A stretch of 64,000 nt of DNA from Parasitella parasitica NRRL 2501 (lineage: Eukaryota > Fungi > Mucoromycota). Under the pieces are notes generated by a model that made no database searches, had not been told where the DNA came from, and was given only the letters and a program-made list of their open reading frames with translations. The stretch spans positions 186,001 to 250,000 of the forward strand of contig MU619251.1 in assembly GCA_025201805.1 (NCBI GenBank), written 5' to 3'. Both the position numbers and the translations under genes were made by a program. Of this stretch, positions 24,968 to 37,195 are shown piece by piece; the first letter of the stretch is position 1, and each line of letters opens with the position of its first letter.

Positions 24968-27144
24968 TCAAGATGGAGAATAATAGTCGAAAAGCGACTT
25001 GCTATTGCACTTATTCTCATTCGATCTACAGTAAAATTGTTCGTTTAACAGCCATTTTTATCTCAAACATACAGTAATATTACCGTTTGATGCGTTTAGG
25101 TGCAGTGCCGCCATCAGTATGATAGTTACTGCTACACTCTGATTTTTCCTGTTGTAGGATAGCCTTTACTTCAACTTTGCTCAAGCATTCATCTACATGT
25201 TGATTGAATTGTGAGTTGTTGAGCTTCAATTGTCGATTACAGATGGGACAAACAAGTGTGTTGAGGATATCTTTTACTTTCTGGTCTGTTGTTTGTTGGT
25301 CTTGATGAAGATGATGTTCTGGAAGCGGCGCTTTTATAAAATACTAATAACGATCAAGACCTAACAATTCTATGCATAAACAAGTATTCAATACCTTTAA
25401 AACACTTTCATCTTCGCTTCCTCTAGGTTTGATGATAGATATACGAATGCCCATTAATCGAATATTTATCGGTAGTTCCTTGACCAGTAGCTCTTTAGCT
25501 ATCCTCTCAATATCCTTTGCTTTCCATATATAACTTGGGAATGTCTTTGATCGAATACGAATATCATAGTTGACGGATTTCAATTTGATGCCAACATTTC
25601 GACCCATGTATCCAGCCGCTTCTAAATCTTGTTCGAGCATAGCAGAAAGTTCCTTGATCTTTTCAAACAATTCTGCCGGGTCTGACATTGCACTGAATGT
25701 GCGTTCTGTGCTCATGCTCTTTCGATCGACATCTGTATTGAATGTAGTGCTGCCAGTGCCTAGGTAACTTTTAAGCATGAATTGAAAACTAATGGGACTC
25801 AGTAGTTTGTACAATACAGCTCTATGCGGGTATATGTCACCGCATGTACGAACACCGAGTGCATCTAATACGCGCTCTGTTACTCTGCCCACACCTGGAA
25901 TCTGCCGTACTCGCAGATCCTTGACGAATTTTATAATAGATGCTCGATCAATTGGCAGATAATATTGACCGTCGGGTTTATTGATGTCACTACACACTTT
26001 GGCCAGTGTCTTGTTACAGGCAATGCCTATGATTGTCAAAGTTCGTCTGGCATTTCATTGCTATACACGACTACAATTTCCATACCTGCACTTGCTGTCA
26101 ATTGAGATGACTCGAATATTTCTCTTCTTATTTGCTGCACTAATTGCACCGGCGTCAAGTCTGTAGTTTTGAGATACTTTGTACAGGGCGCATATTAACA
26201 CAGAGCATACATGCGGTCAGACATTAAAAAAAAAAAAAAAAAAATACCTCTGTCAAGTTCAAATAAGCCTAGCAGATCGTTACAGTTAGCCTTCCTATGC
26301 TTTCCCGACTAGCAACTTTACCTCATCTAAACTCATGGGTACAAAATTAGGATCATACTTTTGAAACACGGCTCTCACTTTGTCTGAGGCCTCTCGGTAT
26401 TTAGGAAAATGGAGAGGGATCATGACAAGTTCAGGGCACAGTTTGCGCGCAATGAAACCAGGCATTGCGCTGCGAACGCCATACTGTCGAGCGATATAAT
26501 TACTAGTGCACAGCATGGACATGCCTCCTACCGCCATGGGAACCTTTTTCAGGCTTGGATCAGCCAATTCTTCAACAGACGCATAAAATGCGTCCATGTC
26601 CATGTGGCAAATGCATTGCGTCAAATCTCTAGTCTCTTCTAAATCTCGGATCATGTTGTCCACAATGCGCCGTTCGAACGAGAGATCCTTGTCTTTGATT
26701 AACTCATACTTTGCGAGAATCGCATTGATCCGCTTTGTTACTGCCTCGTCTCTCTTTCTTTCTTTTTCAAAAAATTTCGAGCCCTGTAAAATACTACATG
26801 AGCAATTGGAAATCTCAGAGTAAAACATTGGGTACCAACCTTGGATAATTCGTAAATCATTGTATTGACTTTTTCTTTATCCACATTCCCCATGCCAGCC
26901 TGAAATAGTTCTTCAGAAGTAAGAACTCTGCAAAGAAACGTAGCATAAAAAGTGCTCAAACCTTGTTGGCTGATGGCCCGGCTAGTAAGCTCTTGAAAGA
27001 GTGATCTTTGGCATCAGAAACGGGATAATTTACCATCATTTCCTCACCATTGGATTCCTGCTCTTGCCCAATAGTGTCCTCATCGTCCAAGAAGAAATCC
27101 TCTTCCTCCATGATCTGAGACGAGAAATCCAGTAAATCATCCAT
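24968..27144 (-). CDS. POLK: DNA polymerase kappa (Y-family, DinB), multi-exon
   Basis: KAGM..VDKEKVN..IYELSKGSKFF, HMDMDAFYASVE, TSNYIARQYGVRS, SLDEAYL, KVCSDINKPDGQ, UBZ finger CPIC..FNQHVDECL. The final small exon encodes a PIP-like KSLFDYY. Confidence 0.95.
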
Positions 27145-27344
27145 TCCTTACCAAAGAGAAAATAAAGAAAAAAAAATGCTGCGCAAGATGTGGTATTGAT
27201 CGCAGAGAGAAAGGGCCCGATAATAGAGAAAGTTTTGCGGCTATTTAATCAACCTGCCCAGCATTGAATATTTCATAGTGCCAGGCTTGTATTTTTGTTT
27301 TCTTTCATTTTTTTTTTTTTTTGCTGTTGTGCCATTTCATACAA

Positions 27345-29178
27345 ATGTTGCGAACGATTCAAAGCAGACAGCTAATTCAACCTTTTACAAGATACGCGAT
27401 CAGCAGAAATCGCCATTTAGCAACTGTTGCTCAGGATCTTGAAAATGCGTACGATGTTGTCATCATTGGCGGCGGTGTGGCAGGTGTCACTCTGGCCTGT
27501 TCGCTTGGTAATATAAATCCCTCACTCGATCATTGATTCACACTGACACACCAACCAACCAAATTGTAGCCTCCAGTCCATCCATGCGCCAGAACCGCAT
27601 TGCGCTTGTGGAGGCCATGGACCTGTCAAGTGTCAAGCAATGGGAACCCAAACCCGACAATTTCTCAAATCGTGTAGTGTCCTTGACTCCGGGCTCCTTG
27701 GGTTTCTTTACAAGTAAGTCCGCCAAAATCTGTCAACAGCACCGAAACTCATTCTCGACAGAAATTGGCATGACAAAACACATGGCTATGGACAGAACAA
27801 ACGGCTATAGAGACATGAAGGTATGGGATGGTGTCACAGATGCTCGCATCCACCTGGATTCCGCATTACTAAAGAACTACAATGTCAATAACAACATTGA
27901 AGAAAACACAATTGCATACATTGTGGAAAACATTAACCTCCAAAATGCTGCCCTAAAAAGATTGGATGAGTGTCGTGCTCAAGGTTCTCATATAGACTTT
28001 TATCAAAAGACTAAAGTAGCAGACATCGAGAGATCCCCTGAGAATAACCCTTCAAAGAACAATGGTCTTGATTTGCAGGATTGGCCTACTGTACATTTAG
28101 ATAGCGGGAAGAAATTGAAAGCTCGATTACTGGTAATTGAAGATAAAATGAATGGCATCAAAGGCAGGCATTAAGCGTTTTGTGCTAGATTGGTGCTGAT
28201 GGCATCAATAGTCCTGTGCGTAATTTCGCTCATATCGATTCGCTTGGTTGGGATTACGATGCAAACGGCGTTGTTGCAACACTAAAATTGGATCCTGAAC
28301 GGCCTAATAACACTGCCTGGCAAAGATTTTTGCCAACAGGTCCTATCGCCATGCTGCCCGTAAGTTGACTTCGGCGCGAAAAAGTACAAGCTTTTAATTG
28401 ACAGGAAAATACTAGTTGAATGACGAGTATGCATCCATGGTATGGTCAACAAAACCGGCCATCGCCAAAACGCTGAAAAATGTATCTCCACAAGACTTTT
28501 GTAGTCTGGTGAATGCTGCCTATAGAATGTCTAGCGTGGACCTTACATATCTTTACAAGCAAATTGATCCCACCACATTTGAATCAAAATGCGACATACA
28601 GCAAGAATATCTCTGGAGAGAAAGTGTAGCAAAAAAGCCCCTGGATGAGCAAGAGGCGTTGGACAGAGAATATTCACTTCCTCCTCAGGTCATTGACGTG
28701 CAGGATAATTCTAGAGCTTCTTTCCCTTTCAAATTAAGAAATTCTGAGCGTTATGTAGCTGACCGTGTTGCTCTTGTTGGCGACGCAGCCCACGCTACAC
28801 ATCCCCTTGCAGGCCAGGGCATGAACCAAGGCTTATTAGATGTCGAGTGCCTTTCCCAACTACTAGAAAGAGGAGCCACCGAAGGCCAAGACATTGGCAG
28901 CATCCACTTATTGCGACAATACGCCTCTGAAAGATATCTGCGCAACATCATGATGATTAGCTCCTGTGACAAGTTGCACCGTTTGTTCTCGACAGATGCT
29001 GCCCCTGTTACATGGATCCGCTCCATCGGTTTAAATACTGTTGAAAATTTGGACTTTGTAAAGGTAAATGGAGTACACATTCCCGATTTATAATACACAC
29101 ATGCTAATGTATCTGTATTAGGCTGAAATCATGAAATATGCAATGGGCATTGAGTACACTGGCGAATTCAGACATTAA
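27345..29178 (+). CDS. COQ6: Ubiquinone biosynthesis FAD monooxygenase
   Basis: Mitochondrial-type leader, [51 protein letters not shown] and [23 protein letters not shown]. Confidence 0.93.
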
Positions 29179-29321
29179 ATAAAACGGATAGCATTGGTTG
29201 CTGTGGTTCAAACACCTGACAGTTTCGAACGTGATAAAAAGTATCAACATGATGTTTTGAAACAAGTGCGTCCTCTTCTACCATATTACCACTTTTTTTT
29301 TAAAGCCCAAAACAACTCATT

Positions 29322-30645
29322 ATGCCACCAGCAGATTCAGATGGTTTGCTATCTGATATAGCAGAGAGTGTAACTTCTTTTTTTGTCATTTAATATATGC
29401 GACACTAGTTAACTTTTTATCTAATGTAACCTTCAGTCTGATCGATTCCAAGCTGTCCCCTCGATAGACGCTGATTATCAGGAGCCAGAACAAATTGACC
29501 TTGTCGAGCAAACAAAAGACTCTGTAGAAAACGAGCAAGACACAAAATCAAAAGCGCCGCATCCTCTGCTATTGCTGCTTTTGCGAACGATAAAGTTTGT
29601 CATGCTGCCATTTTGCAGAGTGTTTTTCGCTCCTGCCGCACAAAAAACATTTATCAAGACTACCGTTTTAATTGTTACCATATCCTGGATAATTGTTACC
29701 AGTGTCGTAGCATACATCATGTTTTACAACCAGTATATACCACCTATCACACATGTACAGCCAATTTGGTTTCGTTACAAAACTTTACAAGGTCCAACAG
29801 CTTTGGTGGATATCCACTCAATGGTACGTTTTATTTTGTTTTTAATGGCAGCAAAGACTAATGCGATAAATATACATAGCCGCTAAGACATGAGCAGCTC
29901 TATGATGTGTCTGTTCAGCTGCACGTACCTACCTCAGACACTAATTTCGACATTGGGAATTTCATGATTGATCTCGATTTAAATACGCAAAACGGATCTA
30001 CAATCTTGCATTCAAGCAGACCTGGAATCTTGAGATACCAATCTCAAACCCAAAGAATCATGCGAGTATTTGCGAAAGCTCTTCCTTTATTAGTAGGGTT
30101 AACAGAAGAGAGTCAGGTTATTAGTATCAAATTGGTCGATAATTTTATGGAGTTAAAGGTAAGCAACATGGGGGATTTCATTAACAAAGCATCGGGTGAT
30201 GACTTTCTGTCGTGGATAGTCGAGATCTGTTGATTCCATTTCAATCGCTATTTCTGATCCAAGAATACAAATTTACGATGCTAAATTAATGATCCTTGCC
30301 AACTTTAAAGGCCTTCGGTAAGTGCTGATTATTGGATTTAAAGAGTAGAAAAAAAAAATCAACATGTTCTTTTGCAGTTATTACATGTACTATCATAGCA
30401 TAATTACTGCCCTTGCGTTTGTATTTACATTTGCAAGCATCGAATTTATATTTGCTACTGCCGCCTGGAAAGGATTTGGAGAGAATATATGGCATAAACT
30501 CTCTCAATTTTTGCTGGATAATGAAAGACTCGTTGTTGCTGAAGATGATGGAGATGATCAAAAGTACCAGGCCACAGAAGAGGACAATGATGAGGATGAA
30601 GGTCTATCTGAGTATGGAGGTTCCTCGACTTCCAAGTCAGATTAA
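29322..30645 (+). CDS. Seipin (lipid droplet biogenesis, Fld1/BSCL2 family)
   Basis: TM1, FY..YIP, YDVSVQLHVPTSDTNFDIGNFMI, SSRPGILRYQS, A.L..ANFKGLRYYMYY, TM2 and an acidic tail. Confidence 0.88.
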
Positions 30646-31782
30646 ATTAAATGATATCCTGAAAAAGCCAACATGTTTTTTTTTTCTTTTGTGAATCATT
30701 ATTTAAAAAACTACGATACTGTTCATGTCTTCATTCGAATATCATGTCTTTATAGTAGTCAAACGCAGATATTGAATATGAAGCTCTTGTTGTATCCATA
30801 TAAAAGCTACATATGTCATTACTTTTTACACAACATTTACACAACATTTCGCTGTGCCCTTTACACTGGCACAACAAAATTATCAGTAAAAATCACATAT
30901 TTTCGTATATAATTGCTAACAGACTACGATAAAGAGCAAACTAAACACTTTATAATGCGCCATAAAAACAGGCACGATTATCGCTAAATGAGCATAACTT
31001 GATTTCCACTGGGTAATATGTCTATCAAAAGTTATCTGCACAAACAGTTTTATTTTTCATAATTTATCATAAATATATATCACATATTTGCTCATAACTT
31101 TTGCTGAAATTACCGTAGAACCAAGGTCTAAATTGATAAACTTAGCGTTGACCTGGCGATAGCGTTGCACTTTTTATCCACGCTCATCAGATTTATCTAA
31201 TCTGTTGTGAGTGATGTGTCGATTTCCCAACCAAAAGTCTACAAACTCAAGTAAACTCAATCCTGAACATAATTCAGGAATATATCCCAATAGATCAGGT
31301 TCTGCTCGATGCTTAAACTTTACAGCGTATACATGACAACAACAACATTGAGTAGAAGCCTGACCAGCTTTGACTTGAGTATTATGCGAAATCGTAAGAA
31401 GTTTAGAGGGCTTGCTGATATAAATGTGTTGGAAATATCATATTCTATTGAATTTTTTTCTGCTGAACAGACTTTGAAGTACGCAAATAAATACAACAAA
31501 GTCGCTTTAGAGATAATTTATACCGCGTAAAATCAAGTATAAAATGAACTTTATCTTTTTGAGGGAAAAGATACTTTCAGTGAGAGGATTGTGCAATTGG
31601 GCAGGACACAATTGACATCATGAATAAGCAAATATAATTATTCCATCGATAGTAAATGTCAAAGAACGATGGGTACCAATTTTGCTTTGACAGCATGAGT
31701 ATTCGCTGCTGAAATTCAAACATCTTGATAAGTAGAGTCAGAGAAATGCAATTTTTCTTTCTTTGTAGTTATCTCACTCACC

Positions 31783-32979
31783 ATGGTGTCAGAACGTAAA
31801 CGTAAAGCAGGTAAGCGGTTTTTGAGATTGCATCAGACTAGGTGAGTGTCTTTTAATTAGTTTTCCTTAGTGTCTTATACCGAAAGTGATAGCGATTTTA
31901 TGAGTGATCAAGAGGTGCGCAGCATACCCGTCAAAAGTAAAAAACCTATCACTAAAAAGAAGAGCAATAGCAAGCGCGCCCGAAAAGAGATTTTGTCTTC
32001 AGAGGACGTAGATTCCGAAAGCGACTTTGAAAACGAAGAGGGAGATGAAGATCATGACGGGACAGTCGAGGAGGAGGACGAGGGTGAGGAAGAAGAAGAA
32101 GAGGAACAAGTGGCAAAGGCAAAATCAAGACCAAAGTCAAAGTCGAAACCAAAAGCCAAGGCCGCTGGTGACAATAAAAAGAATGCAAGGAATCCTCTCT
32201 CTTCAGAAGACGAGGACAGCGACAATCAGGTGTTTAATGAAAACAATGTCAAAAAATCTAAAGTTGTCATTCCACGACCTAAAGGTAGCCCCTTTGCCGA
32301 TTCCATATCACCGAATACACTTGAATTTTTGGCCGAGTTGGCAGAGAACAACGACCGAGATTTTATGCGGCTGCGAGCCAAGGAATGGGCTGCAGCAAAA
32401 AAAGATTTCATCGATTTCTGTAGTATTTTGATGACAGAAGTGCATCAAGCGGACCCCACTATTCGAGTTGAAGAAGCCAAACACGCCGTTTACAGGCAAA
32501 ATCGAGATTTACGATTTTCTAATGACAAAAGCCCGTACAAACGCAACCTTAGTGCCTCTTTCTCAAGAAGTGGCCGCAAATTCCTCGATGCTGGCTACCA
32601 TGTCTCGATCAAGCCCAACAATGAATCCATGGTAGGAATTGGTATGTGGCAGCCTGATTCAGCTCGTTTAGCCAGCATGCGATCAGGTATTATGCGCCAT
32701 GGCGACTTACTTAGGGAAGCGCTCTCCACTGATGCATTGAAAGAGGTTTTTGATGGAAAATATGGAGCTGCTATTTTGGATGATAGTGATAAGTTGAAGG
32801 TGGCGCCCAAGAATGTTGCAAAGGACCATCCTGAAATTGAGCTGCTGCGCTTCAGAAGTTTTGCTATTGTTAAGAAATTTACAGACGAGGAGGTTGTTAG
32901 CGAGGGATTTTTGGACAAAGTGATGGATGTTATTGAGGCATCAGTGCCTTTTGTAGCAGTAGTAAATGCGTGGGTTTAA
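31783..32979 (+). CDS. DUF2461 (TIGR02453) family protein with charged N-terminal extension; intron 31811-31870
   Basis: TLEFLAELAENNDR, YRQNRDLRFSNDKSPYK, GMWQP, LKVAPK..KDHPEIELLR. Confidence 0.85.
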
Positions 32980-33074
32980 AATAAAGATGCTTTATATAAA
33001 TGTACAACATGCGATATTCACAACTCCAAGATATCTAGTAATGTTTAATTTAAAATTGAGTTTGTACGAGATTA

Positions 33075-34898
33075 TTACTTTCTCTTGTTTCCTGGGGCAG
33101 GAGAGAGAGAGGGAGTAGCAAGAGCACTGTCCTCTTCCTCTTCTTCCACTTGGTAGTTCTTCAGGCTGGTCAAGAAACTGACCAAGCCTTTCTCCTCGTC
33201 CTCAGTATCAAAAGGTCGTTTGTCGGCCCCACCAATAGTGCAAGTAAGAGGGTCTGTCTTTACTTCGTCGTCACCCGGGCTAGAGCTATCACGGTTGGCA
33301 TTTACGATCCAGCCGCCCTCCTTTTGATCGCCTACTTTCCAAATTTGATATCCATAACCGCAATCCTCTTCCAAAAATTGACGGCGCTTTTCTGAAAAAG
33401 ACATTTCAAGAGACGTGTTTGTAACCAAAGTATAGAATCTAGAGTAGAAGCCCTTTTCGCTCCTCTTTTTGGCACGCAAAATACGACCCAATCTTTGAGC
33501 TTCCTGGCGGCGAGAACCAAAATGCGAAGAAACCTGTATCAAAACGGTGGCTGCGGGCAAATCGAGAGAGGTATCGCCAATACGGGACAAGAACAGTGTA
33601 TTGATTTGCTTGGCTTTGAGAGATCTGCGAGTTGCAATTTCATTCCACGTCAGCTCGTCTTCGTTTTCAACGCATGGAACATCTATTTGGAAACGAGACA
33701 ACAGTTGACGAGCTTCTTCGGTGGGAGTGCCACCAAAAATAAAGGGTCGATTTACCTTTTCAGCGTAAATTTTAAGAGCGTCAATGTGATCACAGTATAC
33801 AAGCACCTTGTCCCCTTTGGCTTCGTGGTATTGGATGAGCCTCTGGCAGATGTGCACCTTTTTGGGGTTGAGGATAGCGAACAAGCTTTTGAGATGATGT
33901 CCATGACCTAAAAGGCCGCCTTGAGTATGCACACCATCATGTGCACGTTGTATGTAAGGATTCATATCAGACTCTACCTGTGTACAAATTACTTTGGCAA
34001 TGTATCCCTTGTCAGCTAACTCCTTCCATTTTGCATGGTATAACGTAGGTCCAACCAAGGTTTCCAGGTCGCCGATCCTTTCATCCTCACGCAGCATAGT
34101 AGCTGTCAAACCTAATCTCACTTTGGCTTTGATTTTGGCGATAGCTTTTGCAAAATTATTGGCTGGTACACAGTGCACCTCGTCCAGAATGATCAAGCCC
34201 CATTCCGTCTTGTCGATGAAATTGCTCATGCGCTTGGAATCAGCCGTTCTGCTCTTGTTGTCCACAAGCATAGTGTAAGTTGTAAACAAAACACCAGCAG
34301 GACCGTTGTAAGGCCATTTCTTAGCGCCAGCAAACATACCTGTCTTGGACGCCATGAGTGTAGTAAATCGTAAAAACTCTTTGGAGAACTGTTCCGCAGC
34401 AATGATGGTAGAACAGACGACTAGCACTGGCTTTCGGATGGCATTCGCGACTAAGATGGACGTCAATGTTTTACCAGCGCCACAGGGTAGAACAATGATA
34501 CCAGATCGGGCAAAGTGCTGTTGAGGATCAGGGCTGGTAGTATCTACAATTGCTTCCAGAGCCTCTTTTTGATATGGACGGACCTCGACATTGGCTTGCA
34601 AAGGCAATTCTAGACTATTGCATGTTTTGTCGCTGTTGTAGTAAAATTCTGGTAAAGCTGCTTTGGGCTTTGCTCCTTGGATGCGAGGTTTGGGCGTGGC
34701 AGGCGCTGTAGTCTTTTGTTTCTTCTTCAATGGCTCTTGCCTGCCCTCGCTTTCTCCCGTCAAAGGTACAGACTCGGCATCTGTGGTTTTGTTAGGACCA
34801 GTTATTGCTGGCCCATCGTCTTGCTTTCTCTTTTGAACAAATGCCAAAATGTCAGCAAGTCGTTTTTGCCTATCATTATCGGCTGTAGATAGTGCCAT
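33075..34898 (-). CDS. XPB/Ssl2/Rad25-like SF2 helicase, single exon, lacking the usual N-terminal domain
   Basis: RPYQ, ARSGIIVLPCGAGKT, WGLIILDEVH, LGLTAT.LRED, IGDTSLDLP, SSHFGSRRQEAQRLGRILRAK. Confidence 0.88.
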   Translation of the reverse strand: MALSTADNDRQKRLADILAFVQKRKQDDGPAITGPNKTTDAESVPLTGESEGRQEPLKKKQKTTAPATPKPRIQGAKPKAALPEFYYNSDKTCNSLELPLQANVEVRPYQKEALEAIVDTTSPDPQQHFARSGIIVLPCGAGKTLTSILVANAIRKPVLVVCSTIIAAEQFSKEFLRFTTLMASKTGMFAGAKKWPYNGPAGVLFTTYTMLVDNKSRTADSKRMSNFIDKTEWGLIILDEVHCVPANNFAKAIAKIKAKVRLGLTATMLREDERIGDLETLVGPTLYHAKWKELADKGYIAKVICTQVESDMNPYIQRAHDGVHTQGGLLGHGHHLKSLFAILNPKKVHICQRLIQYHEAKGDKVLVYCDHIDALKIYAEKVNRPFIFGGTPTEEARQLLSRFQIDVPCVENEDELTWNEIATRRSLKAKQINTLFLSRIGDTSLDLPAATVLIQVSSHFGSRRQEAQRLGRILRAKKRSEKGFYSRFYTLVTNTSLEMSFSEKRRQFLEEDCGYGYQIWKVGDQKEGGWIVNANRDSSSPGDDEVKTDPLTCTIGGADKRPFDTEDEEKGLVSFLTSLKNYQVEEEEEDSALATPSLSPAPGNKRK

Positions 34899-35824
34899 TT
34901 TCTCTGTTTGGAAGCGAGATGAAAGAAAAGAAAGGGCATAGAAGCCTGGATGCCGACTGTTTTATATATGACAATTTTTTTTCAGAGGCTTCTTACGCTG
35001 ACTTTTTTATGTGCCAATCAAAGTTTTGTTGGCAATCCATCAGTGATTGAATAGACTGTATGACTATAAAATGGCAACGATGACTCCTGCAGCAGCAAGT
35101 TGCCGCAGTAACTATTGCCCTCATAAAACCATGGTTTTCAAATGCTGATGTTGGTGTGACAATTAAACGTCAAACCTACAAGTGTATCGAGTCAACACAT
35201 AACCCAATGCCTACCCAGGGCTTTCTAGCTGTCATCTGCACTATCTGCATACATGTTGAGATATTAAATGTAAAGAAAAAAATAACACACCAGAGAGATC
35301 ACTTGTTGATAAATCTTTTTAAAATGCTAAAACCACGCAAACGAAGGATCGAAATGTTGATGCGCGAACTAGATAGCCCTCCAAAGCCAGCTTCTTGATT
35401 TCAGTATAATTGACTATTAAGCTTTGCGAGCTTTCATACTGTGTGAGCACCAAGCACCAGGCCCCAACAGGAGAGTAAGTATAAATGCTTGGAATGAGAT
35501 CTCACAAATTCAAAGATGATTTCAGCAAAAACTTCAAAATAGAACGCGCTTCAAGAATCTCTATTCCAATCAATCGTTCAACTAAAGTCGGTTTCTCGTT
35601 AGACGAAATTTTTATTTGAAGCTACAAGTGCCAAGCGCATTAGTAATTTATGCTGTATGTAAGGTAGTGCCTCATTTGAAGCCATGTATAAATAACTGAC
35701 ATGTTTTGAGTAACAAAATTACCTTTCTGATTGGGTTTCAATAAATTTATAGTATGAAACATCTTTGTTGTGCTTGCTCTTTGTCAATCACTGTACTGTA
35801 TTTACAGTAAAAAGAAGAAAAGAA

Positions 35825-36998
35825 ATGGAACCATCATTAGAGCTTCAGAGCCATGATGTTGATTTAATAGAAAAGCACAAGGCTTCGAATTTTAGACTTC
35901 AAATGGAAGATTTGTCTTTCGGCTCTGTATGTGTATATGAGAAATATTATGACGAAAAAACTAACATCAAAACGACACTAGATTGCTGGTATGGTAGGCA
36001 AAGTTGTAGAATACCCCTTCGATACAGTCAAGGTTCGGCTTCAAACGCAGTCTGTCGAAACCCCACTATTTAACGGCCCTATGGATTGCCTAAAAGCAAC
36101 TGTGAAAGATGAAGGATTCAAGGGGCTATTCAAGGTAAAAGTGTATTGCGTGAATAGCAAAGAGGAGCGTGCGCTGAACATCAGCACACACCCAGGGAAT
36201 GTCATCGCCGATTGTAGGTGCCATGTTGGAGAATGCGATTTTGTTTGTGGGCTACCGACAGATCCAACGACAGATTCGTGAGATCTCACCGCCAGTACAA
36301 ACATCTGCAACAATTTTGGACGAAAAGGGTGAAGTTCCGTTAACATTGAATCAACTGGTAATAGCTGGCGCTATAGCAGGATCAGTGGTTTCAGTGATAT
36401 TAACGCCTGTCGAGCTGATCAAATGTAAATTACAAGTGCAACATATGTTGGGCTCAACGAAATTCAATGGGCCGTTGGATTTGATCAAGGAAACGTTTCG
36501 CTCAAAAGGGCTTTCAGGATTTTATCGTGGATTTATGCCTACATTTGTACGTGAAACGGGAGCCAGTGCTTTTTGGTTTGGTGCGTATGAATATACGTGT
36601 GCTGCTCTGATAAGACGTCGACAAAATGCAGTATCAAATGACACGGTCGTATCCAAAAAGGATTTAACGGCACCAGAGCTCATGTTGGGTGGCGCCATGG
36701 GTGGTATTGCATATAATTTGTCGTTTTTCCCTGTGGATATGGTGAAATCAAGGATGCAGATCGAGGAAGGCGGGATTCACGCTAAATATAAATCGTTTTC
36801 ACAAATATCCCAAGAAATATATGCAGGTGCAGGTGTAAAAGGATTCTATCGAGGATGTGCAATGACAGCTGCTAAAAGTGCGCCTGCGAATGCCATTATT
36901 TTCATGACTTATGTAAGTGCTTTTGCTCAATTGCACCTGCACGCTATACTTATGTGTAATAATAGGAACTTTTTACAAGATATCTGGGTTCATCATAA
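35825..36998 (+). CDS. Mitochondrial carrier (ornithine/amino-acid carrier, Ort1-like)
   Basis: Three carrier signatures: PFDTVKVRLQ, PVELIKCKLQ and PVDMVKSRMQ. Introns at ~35927-35981, 36135-36195 and 36913-36965. Confidence 0.9.
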
Positions 36999-37195
36999 AC
37001 ATCTGTATATAATCGAAATAGGCGCATCTGCACCATAGACTTTTTTTTTTTTTTTTGTGTCATAGACTAAATAAACCTATTACCCTTTTTCCACATATTT
37101 TCAGGAGGAGCACATTTGAAAGGGGAACACAAAAAGGAAACCAAGCTTTTGTCTACGCTTTTCCATCTTTTTCTCTTTCTTTCGTCATTTAGAAT

